33,328 nucleotides of DNA from Cyanobium sp. GTDB lineage: Bacteria > Cyanobacteriota > Cyanobacteriia > PCC-6307 > Cyanobiaceae. The DNA is taken from assembly GCA_044234415.1 (NCBI GenBank), contig JBIIIX010000001.1, positions 1 to 33,328 on the forward strand. The letters are read 5' to 3'. This document shows positions 27,470-33,328 of the stretch, piece by piece. The position numbers were made by a program, and so were the translations under genes. How positions within the stretch are numbered: position 1 is the stretch's first letter; each line of letters opens with the position of its first letter. Below the pieces are notes generated by a model. It was not told the DNA's origin. It made no database searches and worked only from the letters and a program-made list of their open reading frames with translations.

Positions 27470-27492
27470 TGTCAGTGATTCCTGATCTGACA
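27470..27492. promoter_or_regulatory. Inverted repeat TGTCAG-N11-CTGACA in the divergent ctaC/ctaA region
   Basis: Seen directly; lies just upstream of a -10-like TACCTT at 27501-27506. Confidence 0.3.
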
Positions 27493-27528
27493 GATCCCGC
27501 TACCTTGTGTGTCCCCCGGACTTGTCCA

Positions 27529-28659
27529 TTGGCGAGTTCTGTTCCTGTTTCAACAACTACCCTCCCGCCGGCTGCCCCGGCGCCGGAGGCTTCCGCTGCC
27601 ATCGCCCACGCTGACATCGCCCACGCAGCCGTCACCCACACCCCCCTCACGCACACACCCCTAGTTGACGCTGCCGACGCCCAGGCTGGCTTCGCCTTTG
27701 CCGGTGCCGGTCACGCCCCTGAGGGCGAACAGCGGCCACCGCGACTGCGCCAAGCCATCCGCCTGCTCTGCGGCCATTTGGTGGTGGCCTTGGTGGCCCT
27801 AGTGGTGATCGGTGGCGCCACCCGCGTAATGGAGGCGGGGCTGGCCTGCCCCGATTGGCCGCTCTGCTACGGCTCGCTGCTGCCTGGTGGACGCATGAAC
27901 ATGCGGGTGTTCCTGGAGTGGTTCCACCGCCTCGATGCCTTTGTGGTGGGCGTTGCCCTGCTGGTGCTGGCCGGCGCCAGCTTGCTCGGGCGGCGGCAGC
28001 TGCCCCGCTGGCTGCCCTGGGCCGCCGGGCTGGCCTTGCTGCTCGTGGCCGTTCAGGGCGGTTTGGGGGCGCTGACGGTGCTGCGGCTGCTGGCGGCGGG
28101 CACCGTCACCGCCCACCTGGCCACGGGGCTGCTGCTGGTGCTCCTGCTCAGCGCCATCTGCCAGGCGATGGAGGCGGTGCCTGCCGCCAGCTCCTCCACG
28201 CAGCCGGCACCGCCCCTGCCCCGCTGGTGGCGGCCATTGGCCCTGCTGGCCGGGTTGCCGCTGTTCGCCCAGTGCCTGCTCGGTGGCGCCATGGCCAGCC
28301 GCTGGGCGGTGGACCGCTGCCTCCAGGCCGGTGAGGTTTGCCACTGGCTGGCCCTGCACCGCCAGGTGGCTGGCCCGGCGGCCCTGAGCCTGGCGCTGTT
28401 GGCCGTCGCCAGTTGCTGGCTGCCCACCGGCCAACGCTCCCTGCGGTTGTTCAGCGCCGCCACCCTGCCACTCGTCGCCGGCCAGGTGGCCTTGGGCATC
28501 GCCTCCCTGCGCCTCGGCCTCTCCCAGCCCGGCCTGACGATCGCCCACCAGCTGCTTGCCGCGCTGCTGGTGGCCCTCATCGGCGCCATCTGGGGCGTTT
28601 CGCTGCGGCCCCACCCCCCGGCCGTCGCGACATACCCCGCACTTGTTCCCCAATCCTGA
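27529..28659 (+). CDS. ctaA: Heme A synthase (COX15/CtaA)
   Basis: IGGATRVMEAGLACPDWPLC, EWFHRL, TAHL, LHR, IAHQ; start uncertain (TTG 27529 chosen). Confidence 0.92.
   Translation: MASSVPVSTTTLPPAAPAPEASAAIAHADIAHAAVTHTPLTHTPLVDAADAQAGFAFAGAGHAPEGEQRPPRLRQAIRLLCGHLVVALVALVVIGGATRVMEAGLACPDWPLCYGSLLPGGRMNMRVFLEWFHRLDAFVVGVALLVLAGASLLGRRQLPRWLPWAAGLALLLVAVQGGLGALTVLRLLAAGTVTAHLATGLLLVLLLSAICQAMEAVPAASSSTQPAPPLPRWWRPLALLAGLPLFAQCLLGGAMASRWAVDRCLQAGEVCHWLALHRQVAGPAALSLALLAVASCWLPTGQRSLRLFSAATLPLVAGQVALGIASLRLGLSQPGLTIAHQLLAALLVALIGAIWGVSLRPHPPAVATYPALVPQS
27598..27657 (+). repeat. Drifting 15-bp tandem repeat x4 (AIAHA DIAHA AVTHT PLTHT)
   Basis: gccatcgcccacgct gacatcgcccacgca gccgtcacccacacc cccctcacgcacaca. 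Confidence 0.8.
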
Positions 28660-28665
28660 GCAGCC

Positions 28666-29685
28666 ATGGTCAGCGTTGTTTTCCGTCCCCAGGGCGAGCT
28701 CGGCGGCCCCACACCGCCGCCCCATAAGGCTCCCGCCGCCGCCTTCCGCCCCTCGGTGCGGCTGCCGGCCTGGCTGGAGGTGGCCAAGCCGCGGCTGATC
28801 CCGCTGCTGTTGGCCACCACCGTGGCCGGCATGGCCGTCAGCGGTGGCTGGCCCTTAACGCCGTGGCGGCTGCTCTGCACGCTGCTGGGAGGGGCCTTGG
28901 CCTCCGCCGCCGCCGGGGTTCTCAACTGCTTGTGGGAGCAGGATCTCGATGGCCGCATGCAGCGCACCAGTCGCCGGGCCCTGCCCTCCGGTCGCCTGGC
29001 CCAGGGACGGGCCTTCGGGATGGCCATTGCCTTGACGTTCGCCTCGGTGCTGGTGTTGGTGTTGGGGGTCAATGCCCTCGCCGCATCCCTCTCCCTGCTG
29101 GGCCTGTGCAGCTACGTGCTGCTCTACACCGCCCTGCTCAAGCCCCGCACCACCCAGAACATCGTGATCGGCGGTGTGGCCGGGGCGATCCCTCCCCTGG
29201 TGGGCGCCGCCGCCGCCAGCGGCCAGCTGGGCTGGGCCTCCTGGTGGCTGTTTGCGTTGGTGGTGGTCTGGACTCCGGCCCACTTCTGGGCCTTGGCGCT
29301 GCTGTTGCGGGAGGACTACCGCTCGGTTGGCATCCCGATGCTGCCGGTGGTGCGGGGCTCGGTGGTGACAGCTCGAATGATCAGCCGATACAGCGGGCTC
29401 ACGGTGTTGCTCAGCGGGCTGGGGGTGCTGGCCCTGCCCAGCGGCGGCTGGCTCTATGGCCTGATGGTGCTGCCGTTCAACGGCCGCTTGCTCCAGCTCA
29501 GCTCCAACCTGGCCCAAGCCCCCGACGATCCCCAGGCGGCCCGCAACCTGTTCCGCTGGTCGATCTTTTACTTGTTCGGGATCTGCCTGTTGCTGGTGCT
29601 GGCCCGCAGCCCCCTCGCGGCCAACTTGCCCTTGCCCCTGGCAGAAGGACCCTGGCAGGCGCTTCTGCCGGTCGGGTCTCCTTAG
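28666..29685 (+). CDS. ctaB: Heme O synthase (protoheme IX farnesyltransferase)
   Basis: [55 protein letters not shown]. Confidence 0.96.
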   Translation: MVSVVFRPQGELGGPTPPPHKAPAAAFRPSVRLPAWLEVAKPRLIPLLLATTVAGMAVSGGWPLTPWRLLCTLLGGALASAAAGVLNCLWEQDLDGRMQRTSRRALPSGRLAQGRAFGMAIALTFASVLVLVLGVNALAASLSLLGLCSYVLLYTALLKPRTTQNIVIGGVAGAIPPLVGAAAASGQLGWASWWLFALVVVWTPAHFWALALLLREDYRSVGIPMLPVVRGSVVTARMISRYSGLTVLLSGLGVLALPSGGWLYGLMVLPFNGRLLQLSSNLAQAPDDPQAARNLFRWSIFYLFGICLLLVLARSPLAANLPLPLAEGPWQALLPVGSP

Positions 29686-29718
29686 ATTGCCTGCCGATTT
29701 CCAGCGGAGACCCCCGGC

Positions 29719-30741
29719 TTGATTGAGCTCCAGCACCTCACCAAGCGCTACGGCGGGGGCCGGTCCGCCCCAATCCAGGCCCTCGACGACCTCAACCTGT
29801 CCGTTCCCGCCGGCAGTTTGTACGGGCTGCTCGGTCCAAACGGCGCCGGCAAGACCACGGCTCTGCGCATCCTCGCCACCCTGCTGGCTCCCGATTCCGG
29901 CAGCGTGCGCGTGGGGGGCCTCGACGCCCTGGCAGAACCCCGACAGGTGCGCCGACTGCTGGGCTATGTGGCCCAGGAAGTAGCCCTCGACAAGATTCTC
30001 ACCGGCCGCGAGCTGCTGCGGCTGCAGGCCGACCTCTACCACCTGCCGGCGGCCCAGCGGGAGAGCCGCCTGGCCGAGCTGATCGAGCTGCTGGGCATGG
30101 CGAACTGGATCGACCGCCGCAGCGGCTCCTATTCGGGCGGCATGCGCCGCCGCCTCGACCTCGCCGCCGGACTGCTGCACCGCCCCCGCCTGCTGGTGCT
30201 CGATGAACCGACGGTGGGGCTCGACATCGAAAGCCGGGCCGCCATCTGGGAGGTGCTGCGGCTGCTGGTGCGGCAGGGCACCACGGTGCTGCTCAGCAGC
30301 CACTACCTGGAAGAGGTGGATGCCCTGGCGGATCGTTTGGCGATCCTGGATGCCGGTCGCGTGATTGCCGAGGGCTCGCCAGCCCAGCTCAAGGCCGCCC
30401 TCGGCGGCGATCGCGTCACCCTGCGGGTGCGGGAGTTCAGCGATGAACCCGAGGCCGAGCGGGTTCGCCAGCTGCTGGAGGCCTGTCAGGGGGTGAGCCA
30501 GGTGGTGGTCAACCGCTCCCAGGGCTATTCGCTGAATCTCGTGGTGGAAAGCGATGCCGTGCTGGAGCGGCTGCGCCAGCGGCTGAGCGAGGCCCAGCTC
30601 CCGGTCTTCGCCCTGGCCCAGAGCCGCCCCTCCCTGGACGACGTGTACCTCCAGGCCACCGGCCGCACGCTGATGGATGCGGAGCTGGCGGTGGCCGGCC
30701 AGCGCGACATCAAGGCGGAGCGCCGCCAGAGCATGCGTTGA
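29719..30741 (+). CDS. ABC-2/DrrA-type ABC transporter ATP-binding protein
   Basis: [44 protein letters not shown]. Confidence 0.95.
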   Translation: MIELQHLTKRYGGGRSAPIQALDDLNLSVPAGSLYGLLGPNGAGKTTALRILATLLAPDSGSVRVGGLDALAEPRQVRRLLGYVAQEVALDKILTGRELLRLQADLYHLPAAQRESRLAELIELLGMANWIDRRSGSYSGGMRRRLDLAAGLLHRPRLLVLDEPTVGLDIESRAAIWEVLRLLVRQGTTVLLSSHYLEEVDALADRLAILDAGRVIAEGSPAQLKAALGGDRVTLRVREFSDEPEAERVRQLLEACQGVSQVVVNRSQGYSLNLVVESDAVLERLRQRLSEAQLPVFALAQSRPSLDDVYLQATGRTLMDAELAVAGQRDIKAERRQSMR

Positions 30742-30906
30742 AATCCTGACTCTTCTACGACCGCCCAACGGCCACCGACCAACCGCCACGCACTGGCCGC
30801 CATCAGGCAGCCTCCACCGCCAAGCCGGAGCAGCCGTCACCCTGGCCATGGCGGCTGGCAGCACAACCCCCGACAGCCCCTTTCCCCCTAACCTCCCGCT
30901 CCCCCG

Positions 30907-31773
30907 ATGACCAGCGCCAGCCCTCCCCTCGATCGCGACGTGCCGCGGCTGCCTCCCGAGCCCTCGGCCTTGGCGGAGATCAGCCAGGAGACATTTGCCC
31001 TCACCCGGCGCTTGTTTGTGCAGTTGCTGCGGCGGCCTTCCACCTTGGTGGCCGGCGTGCTGCAACCGCTGATCTGGTTGGTGCTGTTCGGGGCCCTGTT
31101 CGCCAACGCTCCGGCGGGGTTGTTGCCCGGCGGCGGCAGCTACGGGCGCTTCCTGGGCGCCGGCGTGATTGTGTTCACCGCCTTCAGCGCCGCCCTGAAT
31201 GCCGGGCTACCGGTGATGTTCGACCGGGAGTTCGGCTTCCTTAACAGGCTGTTGGTGGCGCCGCTGCGGTCGCGCAGCTCGATTGTGTTCGCCTCGGTGC
31301 TGTACATCACCAGCCTCAGCCTGGTGCAGAGCCTGGCGATCATGGCGACCGCCGCCTTACTGGGCTACGGCTGGCCCGGCCCCACCGGCCTGGCGCTGGT
31401 TCTGGTCACGTTGTTGCTGCTGGTGTTTGCCGTCACCGCCCTGAGCCTGGGCCTGGCCTTCGCCCTGCCGGGCCACATCGAGCTGATCGCCGTGATCTTT
31501 GTGGCCAACCTGCCGCTGTTGTTCGCCAGCACCGCTTTGGCCCCGATCAGCTTCATGCCCACATGGTTGGGCTGGCTAGCGGCCCTGAATCCCCTTACCT
31601 TCGCGATTGAACCGATCCGGGCCGCCTACGGCGATGGCTTTCGCCTCACCGATGTGGTCTTGGTCGCTCCCTACGGCTCCCTGACCGCCGCCACCTGCCT
31701 CGCCATCCTTGCCGCCCTGGCCACAGGGTTGTTTCTGGCGATCCGTCCGCTACTCGACCGCAAGCTCACCTGA
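30907..31773 (+). CDS. ABC-2 type permease (Ycf38-like)
   Basis: QETFALTRRLF, QPLIWLVLFG, NAGLPVMFDREFGFLNRLLVAPL, LNPLTFAIEP. Confidence 0.93.
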   Translation: MTSASPPLDRDVPRLPPEPSALAEISQETFALTRRLFVQLLRRPSTLVAGVLQPLIWLVLFGALFANAPAGLLPGGGSYGRFLGAGVIVFTAFSAALNAGLPVMFDREFGFLNRLLVAPLRSRSSIVFASVLYITSLSLVQSLAIMATAALLGYGWPGPTGLALVLVTLLLLVFAVTALSLGLAFALPGHIELIAVIFVANLPLLFASTALAPISFMPTWLGWLAALNPLTFAIEPIRAAYGDGFRLTDVVLVAPYGSLTAATCLAILAALATGLFLAIRPLLDRKLT

Positions 31774-31784
31774 CACGCCCCCCC

Positions 31785-33328
31785 GTGACTCCCGCCCTCA
31801 CCGTCGAACGCTCCGCAGCTGGGCCACGCCCGGATGACCGGCAGCGACTGCTGATCTCCATGGTGCGTGAGCGCGATGCGGCGGGGACCACCCGGCAGCT
31901 GGAGGCCTGGGTGCATCGCCGCGGCCTGGCTTCGTTGCAGGCATTTCGCCGCGGCGCCGTGCCGGAACTGCTCTCCGCTGTGGATGACGCCTGGTTGGAG
32001 GGTTGCCTGCACGAGCCCCTGGAGCAACGTCTGCTGAAGCTGGCTGGCTTGGCGCCGGCGCCCCCGGTCGCGGCTTCCGAGGCGGTCGCACCAGAGCCGG
32101 TCGCTTCCGAGCCAGTCGCTTCCGAGCTACTCACTGGCGAGCACGGGATCGGCTTCGGGGGCAGCCCAACAGGCCAGGGTTCGCCGTTGACCCCGCCGAA
32201 CGATCAGATCGAGGTCGCAGTCAGCGAGCTCCCCCTGCCGCTGCCGCCTGCCGTATCGGCCGAGGCAGCGGTGCTGGAGGCTTTCGGGCAGGAAAGTATC
32301 GAGCAGGAGACCATCGGGCTGGAGGCCTTCGGGCTTCAGGCCTTCGAGCAGGAGGCCATGGGGCTGGAAACCGTTGGGCTGGAGGCCATCGAGCTGGATT
32401 CCTGGGCGGCGCCCATGGGCCCTCATCACAACCTGCCGGAGCCTCTCCCCAACGCGGACTGCAACGCCCACCAGGACAGCGCCCACCAGGACAACGCCCA
32501 CCAGGGCAGCGCGGTCCTGGCCGAGGGCAGCCCTCAGGCCCCCACGGAGGCCAGGGCTGAGGTCGCGGCCTTCGACAACCGCACTGAGGTCAGCAGCGGG
32601 GCCTGCTCCGAAGCCGTCGCCCTGGACCACCGCGCCGAGACCAGCCCCGAGGCTTGGTCCGAGCTCCCTGCCCTGGACAGCGACGGGGTGGCCGCGGCTG
32701 GGTCCAGCCCCCTGGACACTGCCGGCGGCGAGGGGGCGTGGAGCTTGCTGGCGGAGTTGCCCGAGCGCCAAGAGCCTGACAACCAAACGACGTTCTCCCC
32801 CTTCGAGCCGATCGCCTCGGCACCCGCCACGCCGGCACCAGTCATCCCGGCAGCCTGCACGCCTGCACCCTTCACACCTTCAACCTCCACACCGGCCCCA
32901 GGGGCCGAGTCTGGGGCCGCGCTCCAGGGGCGGGAGCAGACAACCAACCTGCCAACCACCGCGGAGCCCTCGCGGCACCAGGGGCTAGAGCGCGGCCTCT
33001 CCGCCGCTGGAACCGTGCTGGCGGACGCCCCACAGCGCTTGCGCCGCAAGCTCTTCGGTTCCTTCGGCAAGGCGCGGCTGTTGATGCGGGCCTGCCTGGA
33101 GGAAGCGATCAGCACCCTGCACCCCCACGGCGACACGGTTCCACAGGAAGAGGAGGAGCAGGCGCCGCAGAACATCGCCACGCCAGCCGCGGGCGATGCA
33201 GCGGCCCGGGAGCGGCTGGGGTCCTCCTGGCCTGGCGCCGGTACCCCAGCCGCGGCGGCCGCTCAGCCCAGCGGCGATCCCTTCGCCACGCCGAACACAC
33301 CCTGGGCGAACACCCAGGGGGTGAACAC
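31785..33328 (+). CDS. Hypothetical acidic low-complexity protein, >514 aa, truncated by window end (absent from ORF track)
   Basis: Hand-translated with no stop from GTG 31785 (or ATG 31860) to the window end; globular-looking N-terminus RQLEAWVHRRGLASLQAF and a later helix KARLLMRACLEEAISTL. Confidence 0.8.
   Translation, partial: MTPALTVERSAAGPRPDDRQRLLISMVRERDAAGTTRQLEAWVHRRGLASLQAFRRGAVPELLSAVDDAWLEGCLHEPLEQRLLKLAGLAPAPPVAASEAVAPEPVASEPVASELLTGEHGIGFGGSPTGQGSPLTPPNDQIEVAVSELPLPLPPAVSAEAAVLEAFGQESIEQETIGLEAFGLQAFEQEAMGLETVGLEAIELDSWAAPMGPHHNLPEPLPNADCNAHQDSAHQDNAHQGSAVLAEGSPQAPTEARAEVAAFDNRTEVSSGACSEAVALDHRAETSPEAWSELPALDSDGVAAAGSSPLDTAGGEGAWSLLAELPERQEPDNQTTFSPFEPIASAPATPAPVIPAACTPAPFTPSTSTPAPGAESGAALQGREQTTNLPTTAEPSRHQGLERGLSAAGTVLADAPQRLRRKLFGSFGKARLLMRACLEEAISTLHPHGDTVPQEEEEQAPQNIATPAAGDAAARERLGSSWPGAGTPAAAAAQPSGDPFATPNTPWANTQGVN
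32274..32393 (+). repeat. 15-bp tandem repeat x8 (LEAFG QESIE QETIG LEAFG LQAFE QEAMG LETVG LEAIE)
   Basis: ctggaggctttcggg caggaaagtatcgag caggagaccatcggg ctggaggccttcggg and four more units. Confidence 0.88.
32463..32507 (+). repeat. 15-bp tandem repeat x3 (NAHQD SAHQD NAHQG)
   Basis: aacgcccaccaggac agcgcccaccaggac aacgcccaccagggc. Confidence 0.9.

Noticed and set aside
1-33328. Mobile element, prophage or defence system
   Set aside because: No transposase, integrase, phage, toxin-antitoxin or restriction motifs; gene content is housekeeping throughout.

Overview
High-GC picocyanobacterial (Cyanobium/Synechococcus-like, inferred from gene content) core-genome segment with about 32 CDSs. 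Gene order: partial DprA/SLOG-like gene, nfeD and SPFH (divergent), pyrF, WbuC cupin, small HExxH protein, DUF721/DciA, vipp1, thioredoxin, aminotransferase, birA, M23 peptidase, ABC ATPase, ndhB, topA, lipoprotein, DUF2232, cobT, Tat-lipoprotein solute-binding protein, Fe-S aldo/keto reductase, DUF151, ribE, HdeD, cyAbrB, ctaE/ctaD/ctaC, ctaA, ctaB, ABC ATPase/Ycf38-type permease, and a >514-aa ORF that runs off the right end and is missing from the ORF track. I found no tRNA/rRNA, CRISPR array, mobile element or defence system. Two non-standard signals stand out. (1) Locus-specific, drifting short tandem duplications (12/15/18/24 bp) occur throughout and build disordered tails and linkers on otherwise conserved proteins. 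(2) A tandem TTGA-N5-TCAA array sits in a 276-bp ctaD-ctaE spacer, with related TCAA-N2-TT(G/A)A motifs upstream of abrB and between ctaC and ctaA. All family calls come from motif recognition, not database searches. Several start codons were moved downstream of the ORF-track starts by judgement.
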